DNA of 64,000 nt. It comes from Escherichia coli. GTDB taxonomy: Bacteria; Pseudomonadota; Gammaproteobacteria; Enterobacterales; Enterobacteriaceae. The notes under the pieces were generated by a model. The model was not told the DNA's origin, ran no database searches, and saw only the letters and a program-made list of their open reading frames with translations. Location: the NCBI RefSeq assembly GCF_036507355.1, contig NZ_AP027877.1; one strand, 5' to 3'. Positions 42,327 through 53,205 of this stretch are shown here, piece by piece. The stretch's first letter is position 1; every line of letters starts with the position of its first letter. The position numbers and the translations under genes are program-made.

Positions 42327-43049
42327 GTGGCGACACTCTTTATTGCAGATCTTCATCTCTGCGTGGAAGAACCGGCGATCACCGCCGGTTTTCTGCGTTT
42401 TTTAGCGGGAGAAGCCCGCAAGGCCGACGCGCTGTATATTCTTGGCGATCTGTTTGAAGCGTGGATTGGCGACGACGATCCCAACCCACTTCATCGCCAG
42501 ATGGCGGCAGCGATCAAAGCGGTGTCCGATTCCGGCGTTCCCTGTTATTTCATTCATGGCAACCGTGATTTTCTGCTCGGCAAACACTTTGCCCGTGAAA
42601 GTGGCATGACGTTATTGCCGGAAGAGAAGGTGCTCGAACTTTATGGTCGTCGGGTGTTGATTATGCATGGCGACACGCTGTGCACCGATGATGCGGGTTA
42701 TCAGGCTTTTCGCGCCAAAGTCCACAAACCCTGGCTGCAAACGCTATTCCTCGCCCTGCCGTTGTTTGTGCGCAAACGCATTGCCGCGCGAATGCGAGCG
42801 AACAGTAAAGAAGCCAACAGCAGTAAATCGCTGGCGATCATGGACGTTAACCAAAACGCGGTGGTCAGTGCGATGGAAAAACATCAGGTGCAATGGCTGA
42901 TTCACGGGCATACCCATCGCCCGGCGGTACATGAACTTATCGCCAATCAGCAACCGGCTTTTCGCGTGGTACTGGGTGCCTGGCATACGGAAGGTTCGAT
43001 GGTGAAAGTCACGGCGGATGACGTTGAGTTGATTCATTTTCCATTTTAA
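42327..43049 (+). CDS. lpxH: UDP-2,3-diacylglucosamine pyrophosphatase LpxH
   Basis: 240-aa ORF from a GTG start ([12 protein letters not shown]…), calcineurin-like metallophosphatase motifs (DLH, GDLFE, GNRD). Confidence 0.95.
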   Translation: MATLFIADLHLCVEEPAITAGFLRFLAGEARKADALYILGDLFEAWIGDDDPNPLHRQMAAAIKAVSDSGVPCYFIHGNRDFLLGKHFARESGMTLLPEEKVLELYGRRVLIMHGDTLCTDDAGYQAFRAKVHKPWLQTLFLALPLFVRKRIAARMRANSKEANSSKSLAIMDVNQNAVVSAMEKHQVQWLIHGHTHRPAVHELIANQQPAFRVVLGAWHTEGSMVKVTADDVELIHFPF

Positions 43050-43165
43050 ATACCCGCGAGTTTGCTGATTTCACAGCCACGCAACCGTTTTCCTTGCTCT
43101 CTTTCCGTGCTATTCTCTGTGCCCTCTAAAGCCGAGAGTTGTGCACCACAGGAGTTTTAAGACGC

Positions 43166-43675
43166 ATGTCTTCCCGCAATAATCCGGCGCGTGTCGCCAT
43201 CGTGATGGGGTCCAAAAGCGACTGGGCTACCATGCAGTTCGCCGCCGAAATCTTCGAAATCCTGAATGTCCCGCACCACGTTGAAGTGGTTTCTGCTCAC
43301 CGCACCCCCGATAAACTGTTCAGCTTCGCCGAAAGCGCCGAAGAGAACGGTTATCAGGTGATTATTGCGGGCGCAGGCGGCGCGGCGCACCTGCCAGGTA
43401 TGATTGCCGCCAAAACGCTGGTGCCGGTGCTGGGCGTGCCAGTACAGAGCGCCGCACTGAGCGGTGTCGATAGCCTCTATTCTATCGTACAAATGCCGCG
43501 CGGCATTCCGGTGGGTACGCTGGCGATTGGTAAAGCTGGCGCGGCAAACGCGGCGTTACTGGCAGCACAAATTCTTGCGACTCATGATAAAGAACTGCAC
43601 CAGCGTCTGAATGACTGGCGCAAAGCCCAGACCGACGAAGTGCTGGAAAACCCGGACCCGCGAGGTGCGGCATGA
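43166..43675 (+). CDS. purE: N5-carboxyaminoimidazole ribonucleotide mutase PurE
   Basis: 169 aa from the ATG at 43166 ([20 protein letters not shown]…). Confidence 0.97.
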   Translation: MSSRNNPARVAIVMGSKSDWATMQFAAEIFEILNVPHHVEVVSAHRTPDKLFSFAESAEENGYQVIIAGAGGAAHLPGMIAAKTLVPVLGVPVQSAALSGVDSLYSIVQMPRGIPVGTLAIGKAGAANAALLAAQILATHDKELHQRLNDWRKAQTDEVLENPDPRGAA

Positions 43676-44739
43676 AACAGGTTTGCGTCCTCGGTAACGG
43701 GCAGTTAGGCCGTATGCTGCGTCAGGCAGGCGAACCGTTAGGCATTGCTGTCTGGCCAGTCGGGCTGGACGCTGAACCGGCGGCGGTGCCTTTTCAACAA
43801 AGCGTGATTACCGCTGAGATCGAACGCTGGCCGGAAACCGCATTAACCCGCGAGCTGGCGCGCCATCCGGCCTTTGTGAACCGCGATGTGTTCCCGATTA
43901 TTGCTGACCGTCTGACTCAGAAGCAGCTTTTCGATAAGCTCCACCTGCCGACTGCACCGTGGCAGTTACTTGCCGAACGCAGCGAGTGGCCTGCGGTGTT
44001 TGATCGTTTAGGTGAGCTGGCGATTGTTAAGCGTCGCACTGGTGGCTATGACGGACGCGGTCAATGGCGTTTACGCGCCGATGAAACCGAACAGTTACCG
44101 GAAGAGTGTTACGGCGAATGTATTGTCGAGCAAGGCATTAACTTCTCTGGTGAAGTATCGCTGGTTGGCGCGCGCGGCTTTGATGGCAGCACCGTGTTTT
44201 ATCCGCTGACGCATAACCTGCATCAGGACGGTATTTTGCGCACCAGCGTCGCTTTCCCGCAGGCCAATGCGCAGCAGCAAGCGCAAGCCGAAGAGATGCT
44301 TTCGGCGATTATGCAGGAGCTGGGCTATGTGGGCGTGATGGCGATGGAGTGTTTTGTCACCCCGCAAGGTCTGCTGATCAACGAACTGGCTCCGCGTGTG
44401 CATAACAGCGGTCACTGGACACAAAACGGTGCCAGCATCAGCCAGTTTGAGCTGCATCTGCGGGCGATTACCGCTCTGCCGTTACCGCAACCGATAGTGA
44501 ATAGTCCGTCGGTGATGATCAACCTGATTGGTAGCGATGTGAATTATGACTGGCTGAAACTGCCGCTGGTGCATCTGCACTGGTACGACAAAGAAGTCCG
44601 TCCGGGGCGTAAAGTGGGGCATCTGAATTTAACCGACAGCGACACATCGCGTCTGACCGCGACGCTGGAAGCCTTAATCCCGCTGCTGCCGTCAGAGTAT
44701 GCCAGCGGCGTGATGTGGGCGCAGAGCAAGTTCAGTTAA
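43672..44739 (+). CDS. purK: N5-carboxyaminoimidazole ribonucleotide synthase PurK
   Basis: 355-aa ATP-grasp ORF overlapping the purE stop (ATGA). Confidence 0.97.
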   Translation: MKQVCVLGNGQLGRMLRQAGEPLGIAVWPVGLDAEPAAVPFQQSVITAEIERWPETALTRELARHPAFVNRDVFPIIADRLTQKQLFDKLHLPTAPWQLLAERSEWPAVFDRLGELAIVKRRTGGYDGRGQWRLRADETEQLPEECYGECIVEQGINFSGEVSLVGARGFDGSTVFYPLTHNLHQDGILRTSVAFPQANAQQQAQAEEMLSAIMQELGYVGVMAMECFVTPQGLLINELAPRVHNSGHWTQNGASISQFELHLRAITALPLPQPIVNSPSVMINLIGSDVNYDWLKLPLVHLHWYDKEVRPGRKVGHLNLTDSDTSRLTATLEALIPLLPSEYASGVMWAQSKFS

Positions 44740-44749
44740 GCAGGTGCTC

Positions 44750-45000
44750 ATTTGATTGCCGGATGCGGCGTAAACGCCTTATCCAGCCTACCGATCCGGC
44801 ACCCATTGTAGGCCTGATAAGATGCGTCAAGCGTCGCATCAGGCATTGTGCGCCAATTGCCGGATGCGGCACCAATTGTAGGCCTGATAAGACGCGTCAA
44901 GCGTCGCATCAGGCATTGTGCGCCAATTGCCGGATGCGGCACCAATTGTAGGCCTGATAAGACGCGTCAAGCGTCGCATCAGGCACAAATGTCTAATGCC
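44750..45000. repeat. Cluster of REP palindromes (BIME) in three tandem units of about 70 bp
   Basis: gccggatgcggc…tgtaggcctgataagacgcgtcaagcgtcgcatcaggc repeated three times between convergent purK and ybcF. Confidence 0.85.
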
Positions 45001-45005
45001 TACAA

Positions 45006-45899
45006 CTACAGCGAAATACAGGTCCCCGCTTCGCCCGCCAGCGTCTCTTCAATCCGCGATAACGCCCCAATCCACGCGGGTTTACCACGGCTTCTGACAT
45101 AACCACTCACCGCCGTTACCTTCGGCCCCATCGAACCATCGGCTTTGGCAAATGGCGCTAACTCATCCGGTGTGGCATGGCGAATGGCACGTTGCTGCGG
45201 CGTTCCCCAGTTTTCATATACCGCATCAGCATCGGTGAGGATCACCAGTCCATCGGCGTTAATTTGCTCGGCGAGCAACGCAGCGGCGAGATCTTTATCA
45301 ATCACTGCTTCACTCCCTGCTCCGTCATCCGTCACAGGCACACCGCCGCCGCCACTGCAAATCACCACATGCCCCTCTTTGAGCAACAACTCGATGGCTT
45401 CGCTGTCGAGAATTTTACGCGGTTGCGGAGACGCCACCACCCGGCGTAAATATTTACCATCACGTTTCATCTGCCAGCCGTAAGCCGCTTCCAGTGCCTC
45501 TTGTTCTTCTGGCTGATAAACCGGACCAATAAATTTCTCTGGCTGCAAAAACGCCGGATCATCAGGCGAAACCTCAATGCGCGTCAGCACCGTCGTCACG
45601 GGCGGCATCTGCGGCTGTGCGCTCAAACTCTGCGCCAGCATATAGCCAATCATCCCCTGACTTTCTGCCACCAGCACATCCAGCGGATACGGTTCTACCT
45701 CTTTCCACGCCAGATTCTGCAATGCCAGCAGCCCCACCTGCGGCCCGTTGCCGTGAACAATCGCCAGCCGATAAGAACGGGCCAGGCGCGCCAGCGCGGG
45801 TACAGCACTGGCGATATTGCGATATTGATTTTCTGCCGTCAGCGCCTCACCGCGCTGAAGCAAGGCATTGCCCCCAAGAGCTACAACCAGTATTTTCAT
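45006..45899 (-). CDS. ybcF: Carbamate kinase-like protein YbcF (ArcC/AllK)
   Basis: 297-aa [21 protein letters not shown]… typical of the carbamate kinase family; start overlaps the ylbF stop. Confidence 0.92.
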
Positions 45900-46711
45900 G
45901 GTTTTCCTTGTAATAATTGTTGACCAAGCCAGAACCCCAGCAGTGTATCTGCCCCTGACGTATGCCCCAGCGCCAGCAGCGAATCAATCGCAACAGCGGT
46001 ACGTTTCGGGCAACTCAGAGCATGAACAAAGTGCAGGAGTGGCGAGGCGAAATATCCTTGCGCGGCATAACGTAAATAACTGACGCTCACCGCTGTGGTA
46101 ACGAGTTGCAGATTGTCGGAACAGGCAAAAAACGGACGACCGGAGCGCGCATCTAAAGCGCCATAATACCAGGCCGCCAGCAGCATTCCGCTCAGCGTGT
46201 CATCATGACTCGGCGTTAATCCGGGGCCTTTACCCAGCCAGTGTCGCCAGTCGGTCTTAACGCCATTGAGCGCGGCCTGAAAACAGTGACGAAACTGGCG
46301 TAACTCAGCAGGCAGCGGATCGCTTGCCGCCAACGCCAGTGGCCCGAAAAGCCCGGTTTCCTCCGCGCGTTGCATCCATGCAGCTGCAAGTGGTTGAGGA
46401 TGCGCAGGCGGCGTAATACGCAGCAAACAATAACGCTGTGGCTGTTTAACCGTGAAACGCCCGAGGCGAATCCCTTGAGCCACAACCTGTGGTCGTTCAT
46501 TGCCGCATAATCCACCGCATAACGCATCGAATTGCGCACGGCGAAGCACCCATCCTCCGGGGCCGAAACCACTACCCTGACGATGCAGCGTTAACAGTTC
46601 GCCGCTTTCCGTCATCAGGTTAATCGCCCGCCGCCACACTCCCGCTAACCGCCAGGACTGGCGATAATTCGGTGCGCTACTACTGGCAAGCAGAGGATGG
46701 ATGATCGTCAT
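45896..46711 (-). CDS. ylbF: YlbF (AllH), putative oxamate carbamoyltransferase subunit
   Basis: 271 aa from the ATG at 46711 ([12 protein letters not shown]…); the track ORF from 46804 is an upstream extension. Confidence 0.85.
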
Positions 46712-46721
46712 TGCGCGTTCC

Positions 46722-47981
46722 TCAACCAATACCCATGCTTTCAGCCAGTGCTTCCAGCGCCTGTTCAAAACACGCCAGCGGTGCCCGCACAGTGCCTGCG
46801 CCAATCTGCCCGATCCCCGCCTCTTTATGGGCGATACCGGTATTGATGAGTGGCGTAATGCCGGTTTCTACCACGCGACGAATGTCCAGTCCCAGGCACG
46901 CGCCCTGAAAATCCCAGCTTGGGATCTGCAACTGCATATTGCGTTCAAGGTAAATTTCCGCCATCTCTTCAGATACCGCCCTGGCCGCTTCCATGCCACC
47001 CGCACCGACAAAGCGCGTTACGCCAGGCGCTGCGATCATTGCCGCACCTCCGATACCAAAGGTTTCGGTAATCGCGCTATCGCCCATATCCGGGTTCGCC
47101 TGCTCCTGCGAGAAGCCGGTGAAAAACAGACCTTGCGGAGTGTTTACAGGCGCAGTAAACCAGCGTTCGCCCAGCCCGCTTACCCGAATCCCGAACATAT
47201 TGCCGTTGCGGGTCATTGCCGTGACGATGCTGCCTGCGCGGATCATCGCGCCAGCATCCATCGCCGCCTTGCAGTAAGCCATCGCGAGGTTGAGGAAGAA
47301 CTGATCGGTCACGCTGAGGAAATCCATCACTTCCGCGATGTGCTGTTTATCATGATCGAGGCGAGCAATTTGTGGGGCCAGCGCACGCATTAACAGTGCT
47401 GAGGAAGCAATATTGCGTTGATGGAACTCATCGCCCATCGTAATGCCCTGCGCCATCATCGCGGTAAGATCGATACCGCGCTCCATGCGCCCCAGCGCCG
47501 CGCTTAATACTGGCATTAACACATCGCGCATCCAGCGATGGCGAGTCAGGACATCTTCGCCGTAAGCGCCAAAACGCATCACTTTGCCGATACCTTCGTT
47601 GAGGTTGCAGTACGCCCGGTTGCCGTCGGTCACATTCTCGACCACCAGCATTGGCATACTGGCAGAAGTAATGCCGCCCATTGGCCCGACGGCATTCACA
47701 TGGTGACAAGGAATGAAGTTCACTTCCCCCTGCTCCAGTATTGCCAGCGCCTGCGCTTCATCTTTCGCCCAACCTTCCAACAGACATGCGCCCACGCACG
47801 CCCCTTTCATGGGTCCGGTCATCTCCTGCCAGCGCATTGGCGGCCCGGCGTGAAGCAGTGTTTTGCCCTGGTTTAGTTCGCTGATAAGTGAAGAAGCCGG
47901 TTGCACATCCAGCCAGTGTGGACGAGCGCGACGAATTTGTTCGATAACCGCAGCATTGGCTTGCGCCACTGATGTAAACAT
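46722..47981 (-). CDS. ylbE: YlbE (AllG, DUF1116), intact 419-aa form
   Basis: Uninterrupted 419-aa [26 protein letters not shown]…. Confidence 0.88.
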
Positions 47982-47990
47982 GGGAACCCC

Positions 47991-49658
47991 TTATTGCAAA
48001 CGTTCTAATAAACGAGCCAGTTTTTTATTGCCGCCGGCGACTGGCGACCATTGGTAATGCACAACCGGTTTGCTGGCGCTTTGTAGCTCCAGCGCAAAAC
48101 TGCGTAATCCGATGTTAATCACGGCGACGTTTTCCAGTAATGACGGTGTGTGTTGCTGTGCGGCAGGCGAGAGCGGATGAATTAACGCTGCCGCCAGCAA
48201 GGTGGCTTCCGGCAGCGAACTCACTACCGCGATCCCCGCATCTTCCAGCGTGGCGATTTGCTGCGAGCGGCATTGCGGGTCACGTTCAGTGCCTGTCACC
48301 GTGGCAATGGCATACAGTGGTTGATTGTCTGAACGCGCAGCACAGGCTTTTTGCCAGGCGCTTACCAGCGAGGCGGCAGGATCGGCAGTCGCACCGAAGC
48401 CAATCACGACATCAAGCAGCAGCACACGCACTTGCGGTTTAGCGCCGAGATCGGCAATTAACTGGTTGCGTAAGGTTGGGTCGATCATCGGATGGGGACG
48501 CCCGACGGTGTAGAAATCATCGCCGAGGTCAATAATCTGGTGGCCATCGGCGTCCAGCATCATGCCGTGATGATGGGCATCATCGGCTTCCACGCCAAGG
48601 TGTCCGGCAAGTAATCCCGCCGCTTCGGCAGCCAGCGTACCGCCGGTATACAAACCGCAAATAAATCCGCTGCTGGCAGGCGTTATCGCGTTACGTCGCG
48701 CCGTAACGCGTGAAAGCAGGCAAGCCAGGCGTGCGGCCTCATCCAGCGAGGAGGCAAACCAGACATTCTCGTCGCGGGCCACCGCCGGGGTATAACCTAA
48801 AAACAGCGCCACCGTCGGTTTGCCGGTTGCTTTCATGGCATTAACAATTTTCAGACGCACCGCTTCGGCAGGTGGTTTTGAAACAAATGCCAGCACTTCG
48901 CTTTTCTCGTCTGCACTGAGCATTTCCAGCGCTGTTAGCGCACTGATGCCGCCCACTTCACGGCTGAGGTCGCGCCCGCCAAGGCCAATCGCGTGAGTAA
49001 TTCCCTCCCCTGCCAGCGCAATCTGCGAACACAGCTCCTGAATCCCGGTACCGGAAGCGCCAATGACGCCAATATTGCCTTCCGGCATCACGTTAGCAAA
49101 AGCCAGCGGCGTGGCGGCAATCATCGACGTACCGCAGTCCGGCCCCATCACCAGCAAGCCTTTTTCTCGCGCGCGGGTTTTAAGTTGGATTTCATCTTCC
49201 AGCGTGACGTTATCGGAGAACATCATCACGTTGAGGTTGCGATCCAGCGCCTGATTCGCCAGCTCCGCCGCATACTCGCCAGCCACTGAAATCAGCGCCA
49301 GATTGGCATCGGGTAATTTCTGACAGGCACTGTCCCAGCGACGCACCTGCGTCAAGGACTGGCTGCTGCCTGACCCCTGCGCCAGTTGTTTTAGCGCCTC
49401 TTCAAGCTGCTGCATAATCGCCTGCGCGATCCCCGCATCCGCCGCTTCGCTACGAATTGCCACGCAAATATCGTTCGGCGTGGCGTTATTAAAATCGTCA
49501 TGCCAGAAACCTGTGGTATCTAATAACGCTTTATTGGCGGGCGTACCCATCATTACGGAAACATCATCAACATTTTCTGATTCGCTGAGTTTTCGTGAAA
49601 TAATCATTAAACTGACCGAATCCTGAAAACACCCTTTTTTAATAAAGGCGTGGATCAT
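47991..49658 (-). CDS. fdrA: FdrA (AllF), acyl-CoA synthetase-like protein
   Basis: 555-aa ORF MIHAFIKKGCFQDSVSLMIISRKL…; first gene of the fdrA-ylbE-ylbF-ybcF block. Confidence 0.92.
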   Translation of the reverse strand: MIHAFIKKGCFQDSVSLMIISRKLSESENVDDVSVMMGTPANKALLDTTGFWHDDFNNATPNDICVAIRSEAADAGIAQAIMQQLEEALKQLAQGSGSSQSLTQVRRWDSACQKLPDANLALISVAGEYAAELANQALDRNLNVMMFSDNVTLEDEIQLKTRAREKGLLVMGPDCGTSMIAATPLAFANVMPEGNIGVIGASGTGIQELCSQIALAGEGITHAIGLGGRDLSREVGGISALTALEMLSADEKSEVLAFVSKPPAEAVRLKIVNAMKATGKPTVALFLGYTPAVARDENVWFASSLDEAARLACLLSRVTARRNAITPASSGFICGLYTGGTLAAEAAGLLAGHLGVEADDAHHHGMMLDADGHQIIDLGDDFYTVGRPHPMIDPTLRNQLIADLGAKPQVRVLLLDVVIGFGATADPAASLVSAWQKACAARSDNQPLYAIATVTGTERDPQCRSQQIATLEDAGIAVVSSLPEATLLAAALIHPLSPAAQQHTPSLLENVAVINIGLRSFALELQSASKPVVHYQWSPVAGGNKKLARLLERLQ

Positions 49659-49974
49659 AACAACTCCTTAAAAATTGCACCCATGGCAATTGCACGAGCA
49701 GTGTTAATGTGGCGATTACGGTATCGATGACAACGGGTAAATAAGGTGATGAATATCACACAGGGATTATTAACAAAAGAATTCAAATAACCGCCATGCT
49801 ATTACGTGTTATTTTTTAATAAGCGTGGTTGTTTTAAAAACCAGGTTAAAAGAGAGCGGATTATCAAATAAATTCTAACTATATTTTTTTGCCTGTCTGG
49901 ATCACATAATCCAGATATTTTCCCTGTATGTTAATTGCAGTCATGCTTCACACCGTCGTTAAAAAGGAAGACAG

Positions 49975-51024
49975 ATGAAAATCAGTCGGGAAACACTCCA
50001 CCAGCTAATTGAGAATAAACTCTGCCAGGCTGGGTTAAAACGTGAGCACGCTGCAACCGTGGCTGAAGTATTGGTTTACGCCGATGCCAGAGGGATCCAC
50101 TCTCATGGCGCGGTGCGCGTGGAATACTACGCGGAACGCATTTCAAAAGGCGGCACCAACCGCGAACCGGAGTTTCGTCTTGAGGAAACCGGGCCGTGCT
50201 CGGCAATTTTACATGCCGACAATGCCGCCGGACAGGTCGCGGCGAAAATGGGTATGGAACATGCCATCAAAACCGCCCAGCAAAATGGCGTTGCGGTGGT
50301 CGGTATCAGCCGGATGGGTCACAGCGGCGCAATCTCTTATTTTGTGCAGCAGGCAGCCCGCGCCGGATTAATTGGCATTTCGATGTGCCAGTCCGATCCA
50401 ATGGTGGTGCCGTTTGGCGGCGCGGAAATTTACTACGGTACTAACCCACTGGCCTTTGCCGCGCCGGGAGAAGGCAACGAGATCCTTACCTTTGATATGG
50501 CGACTACCGTACAGGCATGGGGAAAAGTGCTCGACGCCCGCTCGCGTAATATGTCTATCCCGGATACCTGGGCGGTCGATAAAAACGGTGCACCAACAAC
50601 CGATCCGTTCGCGGTACATGCTCTGCTCCCCGCCGCCGGGCCGAAAGGGTATGGCCTGATGATGATGATTGACGTCCTCTCAGGCGTCTTACTCGGCTTA
50701 CCGTTCGGGCGACAGGTTAGTTCGATGTATGACGATTTACACGCCGGGCGTAATTTGGGGCAATTACATTTAGTTATTAATCCGAACTTTTTCTCCTCCA
50801 GCGAATTATTCCGTCAACATCTTAGCCAGACCATGCGCGAATTAAATGCCATTACCCCCGCGCCCGGTTTTAATCAGGTTTATTATCCCGGACAGGATCA
50901 GGATATTAAACAACGCAAAGCCGCCGTCGAAGGCATCGAAATTGTTGATGATATTTACCAGTATTTAATTTCCGACGCGCTTTATAACACGTCATACGAA
51001 ACGAAAAATCCCTTTGCGCAATAA
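49975..51024 (+). CDS. allD: Ureidoglycolate dehydrogenase AllD
   Basis: 349-aa ORF MKISRETLHQLIENKLCQAGL…. Confidence 0.95.
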   Translation: MKISRETLHQLIENKLCQAGLKREHAATVAEVLVYADARGIHSHGAVRVEYYAERISKGGTNREPEFRLEETGPCSAILHADNAAGQVAAKMGMEHAIKTAQQNGVAVVGISRMGHSGAISYFVQQAARAGLIGISMCQSDPMVVPFGGAEIYYGTNPLAFAAPGEGNEILTFDMATTVQAWGKVLDARSRNMSIPDTWAVDKNGAPTTDPFAVHALLPAAGPKGYGLMMMIDVLSGVLLGLPFGRQVSSMYDDLHAGRNLGQLHLVINPNFFSSSELFRQHLSQTMRELNAITPAPGFNQVYYPGQDQDIKQRKAAVEGIEIVDDIYQYLISDALYNTSYETKNPFAQ

Positions 51025-51045
51025 TTATTGAGACAGGACTTTCTT

Positions 51046-52281
51046 ATGATTACACATTTTCGCCAAGCCATAGAAGAAACGCTGCCCTGGCTTTCCTCTT
51101 TTGGCGCTGACCCAGCGGGTGGGATGACCCGTTTACTTTATTCGCCGGAATGGCTGGAAACCCAGCAGCAATTTAAAAAAAGAATGGCAGCAAGCGGGCT
51201 GGAAACACGTTTCGATGAAGTGGGGAATTTATACGGTCGCCTGAGTGGCACCGAATATCCACAGGAAGTGGTTCTGAGCGGTTCGCATATCGATACCGTG
51301 GTTAACGGCGGTAACCTCGACGGGCAATTCGGCGCGCTGGCGGCGTGGCTGGCAATTGACTGGTTGAAAACGCAATACGGCGCGCCGTTACGTACGGTTG
51401 AAGTGGTGGCGATGGCGGAAGAAGAAGGCAGCCGCTTCCCGTATGTTTTCTGGGGCAGTAAAAATATCTTTGGGCTGGCGAATCCTGACGACGTGCGGAA
51501 TATCTGTGATGCCAAAGGAAATAGTTTTGTCGATGCGATGAAGGCTTGCGGATTTACTCTGCCGAACGCCCCACTAACTCCGCGTCAGGATATTAAAGCC
51601 TTTGTCGAACTGCATATCGAACAGGGCTGTGTGCTGGAAAGTAATGGGCAATCAATTGGCGTGGTGAATGCAATTGTCGGGCAGCGTCGCTATACGGTGA
51701 CGCTGAACGGCGAATCAAACCATGCAGGCACCACGCCGATGGGTTATCGTCGTGATACGGTTTACGCTTTCAGTCGCATTTGCCATCAGTCGATCGAAAA
51801 AGCGAAAAAGATGGGCGATCCGCTGGTTCTGACCTTTGGGAAAGTAGAGCCGCGCCTGAATACGGTGAATGTGGTGCCGGGTAAAACCACGTTCACCATT
51901 GATTGTCGTCATACCGACGCCGCCGTGCTGCGTGATTTCACCCAACAGTTAGAAAACGACATGCGGGCGATTTGCGATGAAATGGACATTGGTATTGATA
52001 TCGATTTATGGATGGACGAAGAACCCGTGCCGATGAATAAGGACCTGGTCGCCACCCTGACAGAATTGTGTGAAAGCGAAAAACTGAATTACCGGGTGAT
52101 GCACAGTGGTGCCGGGCACGACGCGCAAATTTTCGCGCCTCGCGTGCCGACCTGCATGATTTTCATTCCCAGCATCAACGGGATCAGCCATAACCCGGCG
52201 GAACGCACCAATATTACCGACCTTGCCGAAGGGGTCAAAACGTTGGCACTCATGCTTTATCAACTTGCCTGGCAGAAATAA
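51046..52281 (+). CDS. allC: Allantoate amidohydrolase AllC
   Basis: 411 aa from the ATG at 51046 (MITHFRQAIEETLP…), M20 peptidase family. Confidence 0.95.
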   Translation: MITHFRQAIEETLPWLSSFGADPAGGMTRLLYSPEWLETQQQFKKRMAASGLETRFDEVGNLYGRLSGTEYPQEVVLSGSHIDTVVNGGNLDGQFGALAAWLAIDWLKTQYGAPLRTVEVVAMAEEEGSRFPYVFWGSKNIFGLANPDDVRNICDAKGNSFVDAMKACGFTLPNAPLTPRQDIKAFVELHIEQGCVLESNGQSIGVVNAIVGQRRYTVTLNGESNHAGTTPMGYRRDTVYAFSRICHQSIEKAKKMGDPLVLTFGKVEPRLNTVNVVPGKTTFTIDCRHTDAAVLRDFTQQLENDMRAICDEMDIGIDIDLWMDEEPVPMNKDLVATLTELCESEKLNYRVMHSGAGHDAQIFAPRVPTCMIFIPSINGISHNPAERTNITDLAEGVKTLALMLYQLAWQK

Positions 52282-52291
52282 GGAGTCATAA

Positions 52292-53077
52292 ATGGGATAT
52301 TTAAATAACGTCACCGGTTACCGCGATGATTTACTGGCTAACCGTGCGATTGTGAAACACGGTAATTTCGCACTGTTAACACCAGACGGTCTGGTAAAAA
52401 ATATTATTCCGGGCTTTGAAAATTGTGACGCGACAATCCTCTCCACGCCAAAGCTGGGTGCCTCTTTTGTTGATTATCTGGTCACACTGCATCAAAACGG
52501 TGGCAACCAACAGGGCTTCGGTGGCGAAGGCATTGAAACGTTCCTGTATGTGATCTCTGGAAATATCACTGCCAAAGCCGAAGGCAAAACATTTGCCTTA
52601 AGCGAAGGTGGCTATCTTTATTGCCCGCCAGGCTCCTTAATGACGTTTGTTAACGCCAAGGCCGAAGACAGCCAAATCTTTTTATATAAGCGCCGCTATG
52701 TTCCGGTAGAAGGCCATGCACCGTGGCTGGTTTCTGGCAATGCCAGCGAACTGGAACGCATTCACTATGAAGGTATGGATGATGTGATCCTGCTGGATTT
52801 TCTGCCCAAAGAGTTAGGTTTTGATATGAACATGCATATCCTCTCTTTTGCACCAGGTGCCAGCCATGGTTATATCGAAACACACGTTCAGGAACACGGT
52901 GCCTATATTCTTTCCGGTCAGGGGGTTTATAACCTCGACAATAACTGGATCCCGGTGAAAAAAGGCGATTACATCTTTATGGGCGCTTATTCTTTACAGG
53001 CTGGTTATGGCGTAGGGCGTGGTGAAGCGTTCAGCTATATTTACTCGAAAGATTGTAACCGCGACGTAGAGATTTAA
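52292..53077 (+). CDS. allE: (S)-ureidoglycine aminohydrolase AllE (YlbA), bicupin
   Basis: 261-aa ORF MGYLNNVTGYRDDLLANRAIVKHGNF…. Confidence 0.93.
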   Translation: MGYLNNVTGYRDDLLANRAIVKHGNFALLTPDGLVKNIIPGFENCDATILSTPKLGASFVDYLVTLHQNGGNQQGFGGEGIETFLYVISGNITAKAEGKTFALSEGGYLYCPPGSLMTFVNAKAEDSQIFLYKRRYVPVEGHAPWLVSGNASELERIHYEGMDDVILLDFLPKELGFDMNMHILSFAPGASHGYIETHVQEHGAYILSGQGVYNLDNNWIPVKKGDYIFMGAYSLQAGYGVGRGEAFSYIYSKDCNRDVEI

Positions 53078-53119
53078 ATCATACCACTCGCCTGATTATT
53101 TTTAGCTATGTTGGATTTT

Positions 53120-53147
53120 GCCACGGTTTATACCGTGGCTTTTTTTG
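53120..53147 (+). terminator. Rho-independent terminator of the allDCE operon
   Basis: Hairpin gccacggtttataccgtggc followed by TTTTTTT. Confidence 0.7.
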
Positions 53148-53161
53148 TAGTAAATTCAGGT

Positions 53162-53188
53162 AAAAAAAGATGCGAAATAAATCGCATC
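53162..53188 (-). terminator. Rho-independent terminator downstream of glxK
   Basis: Hairpin gatgcgaaataaatcgcatc preceded on the plus strand by AAAAAAA (a U-run on the minus-strand transcript). Confidence 0.65.
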
Positions 53189-53205
53189 CGCTTTAAAGGT
53201 AAGAG

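Noticed and set aside
40448-42336. ORFs antisense to cysS (40448-40975, 40985-41653 plus) and a 228-aa ORF antisense to ppiB (41650-42336 minus)
   Set aside because: Overlap well-recognised genes on the opposite strand and have His/Arg-rich translations typical of artefacts.
44750-45000. Regularly spaced repeats that could be mistaken for a small CRISPR array
   Set aside because: The repeats are canonical REP palindromes and the intervening sequences are themselves repeated; there are no cas genes or leader. This is a BIME cluster.
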